Shown here: positions 19,478 through 30,289 of the stretch, in pieces
Layout of the letters: each line of letters begins with the position of its first letter
Numbering within the stretch: the stretch's first letter is position 1
Virus record (IMG/VR): IMGVR_UViG_3300017818_000007
Location: 32,001 to 96,000 of that record
Reading direction: 5' to 3' (one strand)
DNA: 64,000 nucleotides
DNA from: a virus
Translations under genes and position numbers: made by a program
Notes under the pieces: model-generated
Databases searched by the model: none
Seen by the model: only the letters and a program-made list of their open reading frames with translations
What the model was told of the DNA's origin: nothing

Positions 19478-20709
19478 TCAAAGTTATTGGCGACATAATG
19501 TTAGATCGATGGATCTATGGTAATGCTGATCGTGTCAGTCCCGAGGCTCCGGTACCTGTATTAAAAGAAGAAAGTCAAGAATACAGTGTAGGTGGTGCAG
19601 GAAATTTAGCACTTAATCTTGCAAATTTAAATGTAGAACTAGACTTGTACTCAGCACTTTCTCAAGATAAAGAAGGGTTTAAAGTCTTAGAATTATTAAA
19701 AAATTATACAACGTTAAGCAGTAATATTGTTCTTGATTCTAAAACAACTACAACAAAGACTCGTTTAGTTGGCCAAGGTGGACAACATATAATGAGATGG
19801 GATAGAGAAGAACATTACATTGGCGATTTAAAAAATAGAATAGATTACAATGAAGATTTTTATGTTATAAGCGATTATAATAAAGGTGTTATTGACTTAG
19901 AATTAATGAGCAAATTAAAGAATAAAAAAGTTTTTGTTGATCCTAAGCAAATGCCACAAATGTATAAAGATGCATTTTTAGTTAAACCAAATATGTTTGA
20001 GTTTAGATCATGGTTTGGAGATTTTTCAGTTTCAAAAGCAAGACAAAAATTAAATGATTTTTATTGGACTTGGTTAGTAGTGACTGACGGTGCTAACGGT
20101 GTTTACGTTATCAACGAAACAGATGATTGGCATTTTAAAGAAGAAGTAAGAGAAGTGGCTGACGTCACGGGGGCAGGAGATACATTCCTAGCAGTGTTAG
20201 TGTATGCTTATGCTACAAAAAACATGACTATACCTGATGCTTGTAAACTAGCCTGTTATGCTAGTGCTAGGAATGTTGAAAAAAGAGGTGTGCATTTAGT
20301 TTCTTTTGAAGATTTAAATAGAGGAATTGTTTGGACAAACGGTGTATTTGATATACTACACCCTGGACATTTAGAGTTATTAAAATACTCAAAAAGTCTA
20401 GGAAGAAAACTTATTGTTGGTATTAATGATGATGAAAGTGTAAAAAGATTAAAAGGTCCTACAAGACCTATTAATAACTTTTTAATTAGAAAACGACAAT
20501 TAGAAATGCTACCATGGGTCGATGAAGTTGTTGTTTTTACTGAAGATACTCCGCAACAAATATTAGAAGATATTAGGCCTGATATTATTGTTAAAGGTGG
20601 GGACTATACAACAGAAACAACAGTTGGACACGAACTTGCTGAAGTTAAAATTTTTCCAACTATTGAAGGTCACAGTACAACAGATATCATTGGAAGGATT
20701 AAAGAATGA
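19474..20709 (+). CDS. hldE: Bifunctional heptose-7-phosphate kinase / heptose-1-phosphate adenylyltransferase
   Basis: PfkB domain (GDIMLD, RVSPEAPVPV, GGAGN, SDYNKG, DVTGAGDT) fused to a nucleotidyltransferase domain (TNGVFDILHPGH, VGINDDESVKRLKG, VKGGDY). Confidence 0.93.
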   Translation: MIKVIGDIMLDRWIYGNADRVSPEAPVPVLKEESQEYSVGGAGNLALNLANLNVELDLYSALSQDKEGFKVLELLKNYTTLSSNIVLDSKTTTTKTRLVGQGGQHIMRWDREEHYIGDLKNRIDYNEDFYVISDYNKGVIDLELMSKLKNKKVFVDPKQMPQMYKDAFLVKPNMFEFRSWFGDFSVSKARQKLNDFYWTWLVVTDGANGVYVINETDDWHFKEEVREVADVTGAGDTFLAVLVYAYATKNMTIPDACKLACYASARNVEKRGVHLVSFEDLNRGIVWTNGVFDILHPGHLELLKYSKSLGRKLIVGINDDESVKRLKGPTRPINNFLIRKRQLEMLPWVDEVVVFTEDTPQQILEDIRPDIIVKGGDYTTETTVGHELAEVKIFPTIEGHSTTDIIGRIKE

Positions 20710-21197
20710 TTGTTGAAGCATATTTGCCTAACTGGAAAGACTACGAAGAGATTTATAATGAGTGGTCAAACAAATCTTCTGACAACTGGAAAACACAGTC
20801 AACAACAGTAGGGTTTGATATTGGCCAACCTGGTATTCCTAATTCTTTTGATGTAAAACTAAAAGAAGATTATAATAAAGCAATACAACAAATTATTCCT
20901 AATTGGTCATTTGGAAAAATATTAAACATTTGGGGTGTTTATTATAGAGATTATGGATATCAAACTGTACATAGGCACAACCAAGACAGTGTAGCAACTA
21001 TTCTTTATTTTGATACACAACCTGAAGAAGATAAGTTGACAACACTTAATGGTTTATTTTATACTATACACGACGATCAACACAAAACAATTAAACCAGA
21101 ACCAGGAAAATTATTATTAATTAATTGGGACGTTTGGCACGGAGTGTATCCTGCTAAAGAACCTAGAAGAAGTTTTATGGTGGATTTTGCTACATGA
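20706..21197 (+). CDS. Putative 2OG-Fe(II) oxygenase-like protein
   Basis: WGVYY...QTVHRH, TILYF, distal WHGVYP and RRSFMVDF. Confidence 0.6.
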   Translation: MIVEAYLPNWKDYEEIYNEWSNKSSDNWKTQSTTVGFDIGQPGIPNSFDVKLKEDYNKAIQQIIPNWSFGKILNIWGVYYRDYGYQTVHRHNQDSVATILYFDTQPEEDKLTTLNGLFYTIHDDQHKTIKPEPGKLLLINWDVWHGVYPAKEPRRSFMVDFAT

Positions 21198-22024
21198 ATA
21201 TTTTAATTACAGGAAACGAAGGATTTATAGGACAAAACTTATCAACGTATTTGGTAAGTAAAGGACACACAGTAGAAGGATTCGAATGGAAAGGAGATGG
21301 TATTATACCTGACCCAAGTACATATGATTGGGTTATACACCTTGGCGCAATTAGTTCAACAACTGAAACAGATGTTGAAAAGATCATGAAACAAAATTAC
21401 GAATTTACAATGAATCTTTTACAAATTTGTGATAGAATGGGTGTTAATATACAACTTGCAAGTTCAGCAAGTGTGTATGGTCCTGGTTTAGACGGATTTA
21501 AAGAAGAGTCTAACTGTTTACCAAAAAGTCCATATGCTTGGACAAAGTATCTAATTGATCGTTGGTTAAAAGAAGCAGGAGTAAATGACTTTAATATGCT
21601 TGTACAAAGTTTTAGATACTTTAATGTTTACGGACCGCACGAAGATCATAAAGGCGACCAAGCAAGTCCTGTGCATAAATTTACACAGCAAGCCAAAGAT
21701 AATAAAGTTATTAAATTATTTGAAAACAGTGACAAGTATGTAAGAGATTTTGTTTGTGTTAGCGATGTATGTCGAGTACATGAAGAAATGTTAACACAAG
21801 ACACTAGTGGTATTTTTAATGTAGGCACAGGAACAACTACAAGTTTTAAAGAAGTTGCTGATGTAATTGCAAATAAGTGGGGAGCAAAAGTAGAAACTAT
21901 TCCTATGCCAGAAAATTTAAAAGGACAATATCAAGAATATACTTGTGCAGACTTGACAAATTTAAATAAACATTGTAAAATAAACGATTATATGACAGTA
22001 AAGGAATATATTAATGCCTACTAA
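21194..22024 (+). CDS. hldD: ADP-L-glycero-D-manno-heptose 6-epimerase-like SDR
   Basis: ITGNEGFIG, HLGAISSTTE, ASSASVYG, YAWTK, FRYFNVYGPHEDHKG.QAS and RDFVCV.D. Confidence 0.88.
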   Translation: MNILITGNEGFIGQNLSTYLVSKGHTVEGFEWKGDGIIPDPSTYDWVIHLGAISSTTETDVEKIMKQNYEFTMNLLQICDRMGVNIQLASSASVYGPGLDGFKEESNCLPKSPYAWTKYLIDRWLKEAGVNDFNMLVQSFRYFNVYGPHEDHKGDQASPVHKFTQQAKDNKVIKLFENSDKYVRDFVCVSDVCRVHEEMLTQDTSGIFNVGTGTTTSFKEVADVIANKWGAKVETIPMPENLKGQYQEYTCADLTNLNKHCKINDYMTVKEYINAY

Positions 22025-22406
22025 TGATGAAAATACACCAGAACGTTTAAACGGTAAAGTTGAAAAAGCGTGGGGGTATGAATTAATTTGGGCAACCAAC
22101 GACAAGTATTGTGGCAAAATACTTTTCTTTGAAAAGAAAGGCTCTAAGTTTTCAATGCACTTTCATAAGGAAAAAGACGAAAGTTGGTTTGTTAATAATG
22201 GAAAATTTCTTTTACGTTATATTGATCCACGCACTGCAACTATGCACACAAAAGAACTTAATCCCGGCGATGTTTGGAGAAACCCGCCATTATTGCCGCA
22301 TCAATTAGAAGCATTAGAGGATAACAGTTCAATTACTGAAGTGAGTACTGCTGATAGTGTTGCTGACAACTATAGAATTTTACCAGGCGATTCGCAAACT
22401 ACTTAG
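22014..22406 (+). CDS. Cupin-fold protein (sugar isomerase/epimerase-like)
   Basis: VEKAWGYE, SMHFHKEKDESW, PLLPHQLEA and EVST; last gene of the hld cluster. Confidence 0.75.
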   Translation: MPTNDENTPERLNGKVEKAWGYELIWATNDKYCGKILFFEKKGSKFSMHFHKEKDESWFVNNGKFLLRYIDPRTATMHTKELNPGDVWRNPPLLPHQLEALEDNSSITEVSTADSVADNYRILPGDSQTT

Positions 22407-22524
22407 TTTTCTTTTTAATCCAACGATAGGCCGTATAGCCTAACAATAGTACAATAATAGTACCAATTCCATCTATCCAAGATGTTTCGTTCATTGCTCT
22501 GATTAGATCTGCTGTAATTTCCAT
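22399..22524 (-). CDS. 41-aa single-pass membrane protein
   Basis: Not in the ORF track. MEITADLIRAMNETSWIDGIGTIIVLLLGYTAYRWIKKKTK; start overlaps the stop of the 1952-aa gene (TAATG). Confidence 0.65.
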   Translation of the reverse strand: MEITADLIRAMNETSWIDGIGTIIVLLLGYTAYRWIKKKTK

Positions 22525-25500
22525 TATGCTTGTGCCTCTGACCAACGTAGAATAAGTTCGCCTGATACAGCACTACCTGATGTTTTATACACGTTAATTG
22601 CTAGTACGTCTGGACCGTTCGGGAATGTACCTCTACCACCTAGTGTGGTATTAGTTAATTCTTTAATGAACGACAAGTCTAGTGTTGAACGCTCTCCAGG
22701 TCTAGCAACAAAACCAAATATTGTTTCACCTGGTTGTGCATACGGTGGTGCTGTAAAGTCAAATGTCACTGTTGTAGTACCTTTATTAATAGTACTACTA
22801 TCTGTACTTTGTGAGAATGAAACTGCATAATATTCCACGTTGTTCCATTCTTTTAGTTCAACTGTAGAAACAGATGTGTTAGCAGGAAAACGTGTTTCAC
22901 TTGATGCTACTGATGTACCTTGTGTTGCGCCTGATGCTTCCCAAGTTGCTTTTGTAAAATACATTTCAGATGTTGGTGCATCTTTGAATGTATTTGTAAT
23001 TGTAGTAGTGACTGCTGTATTTTGGCCAACTGTACCGCTTGGTCTTTGACTAATATCCAACCTAACACCATTTACATACTGTCCAGCGACATGGTCATAT
23101 AAAAAGTCACCTGTATTAACTCTTGTAATCGTTGTACCTGCGGCAATATTTGTACCAGTAATTGGTTTACCAATTGAATCATTAATTGTCGCTTGATTTG
23201 CTAGATAGTCAGTTTCTTTAATATACAGTGTTTGTCTTCTATCTGAAACTGATCTCCAATACGATTGGTTAGTATTATATTTTTGCCATACTTGAACGTT
23301 AAATGTAATTGGTGCCTGTGTTGTTGCTGTTGTTGTGACTGTTGAAGCGCCGCCGTTCCAGTTAACAGAACCACCCGGTGCAATCTGTGCGAAACTTGGC
23401 TGTCCACCTTGTGCAACACCTGTTAGACCCTGCCAACCAATGTCATCTGGATTGACTGGATAGTTTTGCGGATTAAGCACACCTGCAACAACAATGTTTC
23501 CTGTTTGTCCACTAGCGTTTGGTTCTGTAGTAATTTCAAGACCTTCTAGTAGCAACTGTGCTCTGTTAATAAGTTCTCTTTCGCCCAAGTCACCTGTTAG
23601 TGCATTAGATACACTAGGTGCTAGTCTAATTAGGAAAGACGTAAATGGTGTTGTACTAAACTGTGTACCTGTGGAAGTATATGAGAATAAGAATCCTCTA
23701 TCTGAATCAAAACCACCGTCTGTAATAAACGAAGAACCCCAGTGTTGAATAATTGGCGTTGTAGTATTACTTGCTAGTACCATTCCTGTCTTAGCACTGT
23801 GCGAATCCGCTGGGCCTGCTGTGTATGTTCTGGTTGCACCTGAAGCAAATTGCTGTAATGGTGCTTCACGTGTACACCCGATTAACGTGTTTCCGTCAAT
23901 ACTTGAATATGTAATTAATTCGTTGTCAATGTATACTGTACCGCCATCTTCAGGAAAATCACTAGCATCTTCTAACTCAATACTTGTGTCACTAAAACTG
24001 ATATTTGATTTTAGTTTACCAATAGCACTTTCGTTAATGACTTCATAACGCACAGGTTGGTTTCCTGTTCTCATATATGCTTCTGTGTTAATATTTGAAT
24101 TACGCATTCTATGAGCCATGATAAAATTACCATCACTGCCTCTAAACATATAATCAATAAATCCAGCACCATACCATGAGTATTGAATTCCAATCATCTG
24201 CATATATGAAATATCTAAATCATAACCCGATTTGCCTGTTCCATCACACTTATCTCTATTCCAATGATCTTGTCTTGCTTTTTTATCAACAACTTTAGCC
24301 ATCTTAGCACCACTAATATTGCTAATACCTCTATAGTCAGGCGATACGTTAATACTTGATTGATTGTTAACTTTTGTCACAACGTGAGTCATACCACGAA
24401 TAACAATTCTATCACCAACACTTAATTGGTCTTGAAATCTAGTATTTGTTCCTGTAATTTCGTTTTGATCTTTATATGCTGTACAAGTACCCGATAACTG
24501 GAAAGTAGCACTTCGTTGTACACAATACAAGTGTTTACCAGTGTATTCAAAGAAGATACCATTTTGATCATCATATGTTCCTGCTCTAACAACAGCACCG
24601 TGCCATAATCTAGTTTGACACTGTGGATTATCTGTAAGTGTTGCAGTAGTATCACCTAAGATATATTTTGCTCTTACAGTAAAACTACGTTCGTCAATAA
24701 CACTATCTACAGCATACTGCCCGTTATATCCTGCTGTTTCAATACCTTTAATTCGAATAGTTGCTCCAACTTGTAGACCGTGATCTACATCATCTGTTGT
24801 GACTGTAATTGTACTATTAACCGCAGTTCCGTCTGCAGATGCATTTAAAATATCATAACTTGGTGCAAACAAAGCACCAGTTGTGTACATAATACCTTTA
24901 CCTGACTGGTATCTAATATATTTTTTACTTTGACGTATTGCCTGTGCGCCATGTACCGGTGAACCTGTTCCTAATTGTACACCACCGTCAAATGGTCTAT
25001 GTACAAAGAATGCATCCGGTCTAGGATAAACTGTTCCTCGAATTGGGTTGTCATTATTTGTTCCAGTATCGATAGCACCAACCGACAGTGCTTGATACGA
25101 AATTTGATCTAAAGCACTTACTGCCGTTGCAATAAATGATCCTGCCGCTAGGTAGTGATTGTTTCCTGTTCCATCAGTTAAATCATCTCCTGATTCAACA
25201 CTAACAATAAATGTTGAACCTGGTAGTAGACCATGAGGACTACCAAACGCAACACTAATTGTTGCTAGAGCATCAAAATCAACATCACTTCCTTGTGCTA
25301 GAGCACCTGTTGTTGATTCAGACATCGAAATTGTACTATAAACACTTATTGTATCACCTGCTTTTGCGGAACCTGTTCCACTTGCTGTTGTAAAACCACC
25401 AGTACCGTCAACTGTATCAGCAGACACTATTAAATCATTTGCAGGAGACTCTCCACCTAAATTATTGCCTGCAATAGTAATTCTATTTCCAATCTTATAA

Positions 25501-28382
25501 CCACTACCAGGTGTGTTAATAGCACTAATAGTATAAACACCGTTGTTTCTATTAATGTCAAAACTTGCACCATTTCCTGCCGGAGCATCGTTAAATCCTT
25601 CTACGCTTGTAAATGATCCATTACCACTTACAGCACTACCACTTGCACTTACGTTAATAACGCCACCAATACTGTCAACACTTCCAGTGACTGTTAATGT
25701 TGCATCGTTAACGCCGTTTGTACCTCCAAGATCACTACCTTGAATTACAATTTCGTCATTAACTGCGTAATCTTGGCCAGCGTCAACTACTGTTGCACTG
25801 TAATTTCCGCCGCTTGTTGAAATATTAAATAGAGCACCGCTACCAACTAACAGTTCGTAGTTATTATTATCAACACTTTCATATGTTTGACTGTTTAAAC
25901 CTGTACCACTTTGTGAAAATGTTTGAATTGTTCCATTAACATCAACACTGTCAACTGTTAATGTTAAATCATTTGTAGGACTTGTACCACCTAATTGGTC
26001 ACCTGAAATAACTAGTGTATCACTAACAGCAAAGTTTGAACCACCATCTTGTAAAGTGACAATGTATGTTGTTGCATCTTTTTGTACATCAATACCAGCA
26101 AGTGTTCCAGAACCTCCTGTTGTATAACTTAAACCTGTATAATTTACGTTTGCATCAGTTGCAGTACCACTAACACTAACTGTTAAAATATTACCAAAAC
26201 TGTCAACACTAGTCACAGTAATTAAACAGTCATGTGTTCCATCGAGGCCGCCAAGTACACTACCTCTTACATTGATTCTATCGTTTACAATAAAATCAGT
26301 AGAAGCATTTGGACTAAAAATTTCAACACTGTAAGATCCACTAGTTTTTGTAATATTAAACTGTGCGTTAGTACCATTACCACCTTGTGTTGTACCGCCT
26401 AAGTTATTATATGTAGCAACACCGTCAAAACCTGTTCCACTAGCAACAAAGTTAATAACAGCGCCTGGAGTATCTGAGTCAGTGACTCTAATTTCAATAT
26501 CATGTGTTCCTGACTGGCCGCCAACACTACTTCCGTCAATTATAATATAGTCACCAATTTCATAACCACTACCAGGTTGATTTCCTACGACATTATAAGT
26601 TCCATTAGTTAATGTGACATCAAATGTTGCTCCAAGACCTTGTGGACTAACATTAAAACCTTCAACTCCAGTATAATCAATATTATCACCAGCATAGGTT
26701 TTTCGTGTTCCGTTTGCAAGGTTAACTTGTGTTCCTGCAATACTATTAATAAAGTTTGCTTGGCTGTCATCGTCTATGGCCATATTTTGTAAAAGACCAG
26801 TAGCATCAGAAACCGTAATTGTTTGGCTTCCTTGCGGAGCATCTTCTGCAATCGTAAGTGTAAGTTCAGGATTACCACCATCACCAATAACACCTGTGAC
26901 TTGCGTTCCTGTTGGAATAAATGCTGAGCCAACATCATCTAGAGGAGCACCTAGTTCTGGAACACTACCATAAAATGGCAATCTACTAGAACTAGTTGGT
27001 GTTGCTAGTGCTAGAGTAAATGTTCCTTGGCTACCGTTTGATGTGACTGTAAACGAAGGTGAATCAGAAATATTTGATCCTGTATAAAATCCGCCTTGTC
27101 TTAGTTGAATGTACGGAGTATACAGTGTTTCTGGATCAGTGACACCAACTTTTGCTTTTGCATAATATTCAAATGTACTATCAGATGGTACGCCTGTAAT
27201 AATAAACGAACCTTCTGCTCTGTTAAAACCTTTTACACTTGGTTCTAAACCTTTAATAGTAATTGGTTGTCCAATACTAAATCCATGATTACCTAGTGTT
27301 GTGACTGTAATTTTTGATTGACCAATTCCGCCTGTACCTGACGATACGTCTGAAGTCACGTTTGCAACAGTAGCATCAGTTCCTGGAACTTCATAAATTG
27401 AAGGATAACCTCTTAGCATTCCAATCGCTTGCCATTTAGTAGGCTGTAGGCCATACTCAAAGTCAGCGTCAAGCATTGATAATGGATTAGCAACACGATT
27501 ACGTTCAATAGCATCAGTACCAAAATCAAATGGTCTTGTAATTGTTTCTTGTTTATCTACAAAAATTTGAATGTTATCAGTTGATGCATTTCCTGTTGTA
27601 TCTGCATATAGTTGGATTGTTGTTAAGTAATCTGAAGTTTGTGTATAGTCATAATAATCATCATCGTGTTCAAAGTCTAACTGAGAAAAATCTCTTTCTC
27701 CATTATCAAACTTTTTAAATTTTGTTTCGGCTAATAGGTTGGTATCAGTAAAGTTATATAATACTTTACCCCTTGTGACGTTTGAAATTAATAGAATATC
27801 TTCTAAATTAACTTTTCCAAGTATCTTAATTCTTGTATATCCGTTATACTCTGTGTCTGGCAGTTGCCCTAGGCCACTAGTAATAACATTGATGATAATA
27901 TCAGCAAGGACTCCAACAGCAGTTGAAGCATCTGCTTCGCCAGTTTCACCTGTTGTGACTTGTGGAACTGCTGATTGATACGGACTGCTTTGAACAGTTT
28001 TTGTAAGAATATTACTTTGAATTAATCCTTTTAAAAACGTATGTGTTTCAATTTCTGGAGTTCTAGAACCGTCTACTTGAGGAGTGTCGCCGTCCCAATA
28101 TCTATTAGCAACATATACAGTTTCTTCATTACCGCCATAACGTAAATCGTTTTGATATGCATTGATTACGTATCCAACGTCTCTATCACACTTGGCTGAA
28201 TCGTAAGTATATCCATTCCAATCACCCAATCCCTCTGCAACTTTTGCGGAAATAAAGGCTTTGACTTCTGCTTTCATAAAAGCAATGTTAGCATCAAATA
28301 ATGTCCAAGCATTTGGATATTTGTTCCCTGCAAAGGATATACCTGGTGTAAATTTATATTCTGTAATTCGGGTTCTTGCCAT
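22524..28382 (-). CDS. Very large virion fibre/structural protein (1952 aa)
   Basis: G/S/T-rich, with five tandem ~75-aa beta modules (G..Y.V.D.I.I.G..LGG...ND.T.TV); SD AGGA and TAAATA upstream. Confidence 0.7.
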   Translation of the reverse strand: MARTRITEYKFTPGISFAGNKYPNAWTLFDANIAFMKAEVKAFISAKVAEGLGDWNGYTYDSAKCDRDVGYVINAYQNDLRYGGNEETVYVANRYWDGDTPQVDGSRTPEIETHTFLKGLIQSNILTKTVQSSPYQSAVPQVTTGETGEADASTAVGVLADIIINVITSGLGQLPDTEYNGYTRIKILGKVNLEDILLISNVTRGKVLYNFTDTNLLAETKFKKFDNGERDFSQLDFEHDDDYYDYTQTSDYLTTIQLYADTTGNASTDNIQIFVDKQETITRPFDFGTDAIERNRVANPLSMLDADFEYGLQPTKWQAIGMLRGYPSIYEVPGTDATVANVTSDVSSGTGGIGQSKITVTTLGNHGFSIGQPITIKGLEPSVKGFNRAEGSFIITGVPSDSTFEYYAKAKVGVTDPETLYTPYIQLRQGGFYTGSNISDSPSFTVTSNGSQGTFTLALATPTSSSRLPFYGSVPELGAPLDDVGSAFIPTGTQVTGVIGDGGNPELTLTIAEDAPQGSQTITVSDATGLLQNMAIDDDSQANFINSIAGTQVNLANGTRKTYAGDNIDYTGVEGFNVSPQGLGATFDVTLTNGTYNVVGNQPGSGYEIGDYIIIDGSSVGGQSGTHDIEIRVTDSDTPGAVINFVASGTGFDGVATYNNLGGTTQGGNGTNAQFNITKTSGSYSVEIFSPNASTDFIVNDRINVRGSVLGGLDGTHDCLITVTSVDSFGNILTVSVSGTATDANVNYTGLSYTTGGSGTLAGIDVQKDATTYIVTLQDGGSNFAVSDTLVISGDQLGGTSPTNDLTLTVDSVDVNGTIQTFSQSGTGLNSQTYESVDNNNYELLVGSGALFNISTSGGNYSATVVDAGQDYAVNDEIVIQGSDLGGTNGVNDATLTVTGSVDSIGGVINVSASGSAVSGNGSFTSVEGFNDAPAGNGASFDINRNNGVYTISAINTPGSGYKIGNRITIAGNNLGGESPANDLIVSADTVDGTGGFTTASGTGSAKAGDTISVYSTISMSESTTGALAQGSDVDFDALATISVAFGSPHGLLPGSTFIVSVESGDDLTDGTGNNHYLAAGSFIATAVSALDQISYQALSVGAIDTGTNNDNPIRGTVYPRPDAFFVHRPFDGGVQLGTGSPVHGAQAIRQSKKYIRYQSGKGIMYTTGALFAPSYDILNASADGTAVNSTITVTTDDVDHGLQVGATIRIKGIETAGYNGQYAVDSVIDERSFTVRAKYILGDTTATLTDNPQCQTRLWHGAVVRAGTYDDQNGIFFEYTGKHLYCVQRSATFQLSGTCTAYKDQNEITGTNTRFQDQLSVGDRIVIRGMTHVVTKVNNQSSINVSPDYRGISNISGAKMAKVVDKKARQDHWNRDKCDGTGKSGYDLDISYMQMIGIQYSWYGAGFIDYMFRGSDGNFIMAHRMRNSNINTEAYMRTGNQPVRYEVINESAIGKLKSNISFSDTSIELEDASDFPEDGGTVYIDNELITYSSIDGNTLIGCTREAPLQQFASGATRTYTAGPADSHSAKTGMVLASNTTTPIIQHWGSSFITDGGFDSDRGFLFSYTSTGTQFSTTPFTSFLIRLAPSVSNALTGDLGERELINRAQLLLEGLEITTEPNASGQTGNIVVAGVLNPQNYPVNPDDIGWQGLTGVAQGGQPSFAQIAPGGSVNWNGGASTVTTTATTQAPITFNVQVWQKYNTNQSYWRSVSDRRQTLYIKETDYLANQATINDSIGKPITGTNIAAGTTITRVNTGDFLYDHVAGQYVNGVRLDISQRPSGTVGQNTAVTTTITNTFKDAPTSEMYFTKATWEASGATQGTSVASSETRFPANTSVSTVELKEWNNVEYYAVSFSQSTDSSTINKGTTTVTFDFTAPPYAQPGETIFGFVARPGERSTLDLSFIKELTNTTLGGRGTFPNGPDVLAINVYKTSGSAVSGELILRWSEAQA

Positions 28383-28434
28383 GTGTTTTTCCTATTATCT
28401 TATACTATTTACCTTTATTTTCCATCTTTAAGAA

Positions 28435-30288
28435 TTAATCGGATTTGCCCGACAGTGTTGTTCCATATCTTGAATTAAATTTATTAAACAAAAATCTGTT
28501 ATTGCCACCTAAAAGAGACCTGTTATTTGTATATGAAGCATCATCTCCTGGATTATATATAAGATTTGTTTTTGCATTTCCAGTAATCCAGGCCTTTACT
28601 TCTGCCGGTGTTGCTTCTGGATTAACTTGCAAATATAATGCACACATTCCAGCAACTTGTGGACTGGCCATGCTAGTTCCTGAAATATTTACTTGTTTAA
28701 ACTCGCTATTCAAATAATAATCTTGACCGTTGAATCTGTTTGTATTACTACAAGCACTCATAATGTCAGTTCCAGGTGCCCAAACATCTACGCCAGGGCC
28801 GCATTCTGAACTTACATTTTTCTGCTCTTCATCAGAGCCAGCAATTTGAGAGTCAATATTTCCTACAATAATTGCTTCGTCGTCGTATGGAGAAGCACCT
28901 CTATGATAATACCTAGCACCATAAAATGTTGAATTATAATAGTTGTCATAATCATCTCCTCCAGGAACATCAATTTTTTGGTATGAGTTTCCTGCCGCAA
29001 CACAAATATTAATTCCTTCATCAATCATTTCTTGTATTTCTATATCAACTGAACTTACTCTTGTACCATATCTATAACCTGCTAGGCCGTAATAGGCTCC
29101 AACCATGCCATATTGTGTTTCTCTACTTGTTCCTGACCATGGTGTACCTCTATAAGTACCACCATTGATATTTGAAAAATAAGTTCCATATCCCCAACTC
29201 ATATTAACAACTGTTGGTCTAAACTTTTTAGTTGTTGAATAAATTGCTCCAGGCAACGCACTTACAAATTTGTGAGTTGTTGTGTCTGAAGAAATTCCGA
29301 TATTAACAGTAATAGTTGTTGACGTAGTTCCGGTGATTGCAACTTCCTTATCATAGTACGGATCGGTTCCAGTACTATTAGGAACACCAACACCCCTTGG
29401 ATAATCATGTACTGACGCATCGTTGTCTTTTGCACACGTAAATCTTAAACTTCCTGCTACAATTCTTATTTTGTCACCTACAACAAACGGGTGTGTTCCT
29501 AAAGTTAAACTCATTACTCCGGTGCTTGGAGTATATGTTGCCGCTGTTGGTGTAAATTTACTTTGTTTTCTTCTGTGCCATTCTTTAATAACATCAAACG
29601 CATCTGCTGTTGGAATTCCTGTTCCGCTATCTCCACTTCCTTCTAAACCACCAAGTTTTACACTGTATATTCTAGCATTTTTTGCCCAACCATAATTTTT
29701 ACCTGCTACTGTGCCAGCAACGTGTGTTCCGTGGCCGTCATAATCTCTATAATGATTAGCACTCTGTGTTCCAGTTAGACCACTAGCATCATACCAATCA
29801 ATTTGTTGTAAACGAGTATTACCTTGTGCATCTTCCCATTCAGGGTGATCTACTTCTATTCCGCTATCTTGAATTACAACATCTACTCCTGTTCCGTCTA
29901 AATGATATGTGTATCCTCCAGATACATCTGAACCATCATAAGGATTAGTTGTAGCATTAACTCTTGGCAATCCCCAATTTTGAAAATCGCCTGCAGATTC
30001 GGTTGTTTTTGTAAAGTTTCCTGTTTGTTCTACTGATAAACCAATTTCAATATCATCTCGTTGATCTGCTGGAAGTTCAACACAGTAGACTCTATTATCA
30101 GAACGAAGTGTTTCTGCTTCGCTGTCTGTAAGCATATAATGAGTTAGTCTTTGTGAAGCAGGTCTAGGGTTTGCAACAGATACTGCTCTATTAGGAATGG
30201 CTCCTGAGCCTGTTATTCTAATCATTTCAGCGTTAAACTGTACAAAGTCTACGCCTCTATTAAGACCTACAATATATTCTCTTTCCAT
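28435..30288 (-). CDS. Subtilisin-family (S8) serine protease with an inserted fibre-type domain
   Basis: Catalytic triad motifs GVDVVIQDSG, HGTHVAGTVAG and SGTSMASPQVAG; oxyanion region AAGNS; start MEREY at 30288. Confidence 0.92.
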   Translation of the reverse strand: MEREYIVGLNRGVDFVQFNAEMIRITGSGAIPNRAVSVANPRPASQRLTHYMLTDSEAETLRSDNRVYCVELPADQRDDIEIGLSVEQTGNFTKTTESAGDFQNWGLPRVNATTNPYDGSDVSGGYTYHLDGTGVDVVIQDSGIEVDHPEWEDAQGNTRLQQIDWYDASGLTGTQSANHYRDYDGHGTHVAGTVAGKNYGWAKNARIYSVKLGGLEGSGDSGTGIPTADAFDVIKEWHRRKQSKFTPTAATYTPSTGVMSLTLGTHPFVVGDKIRIVAGSLRFTCAKDNDASVHDYPRGVGVPNSTGTDPYYDKEVAITGTTSTTITVNIGISSDTTTHKFVSALPGAIYSTTKKFRPTVVNMSWGYGTYFSNINGGTYRGTPWSGTSRETQYGMVGAYYGLAGYRYGTRVSSVDIEIQEMIDEGINICVAAGNSYQKIDVPGGDDYDNYYNSTFYGARYYHRGASPYDDEAIIVGNIDSQIAGSDEEQKNVSSECGPGVDVWAPGTDIMSACSNTNRFNGQDYYLNSEFKQVNISGTSMASPQVAGMCALYLQVNPEATPAEVKAWITGNAKTNLIYNPGDDASYTNNRSLLGGNNRFLFNKFNSRYGTTLSGKSD

Positions 30289-30289
30289 A

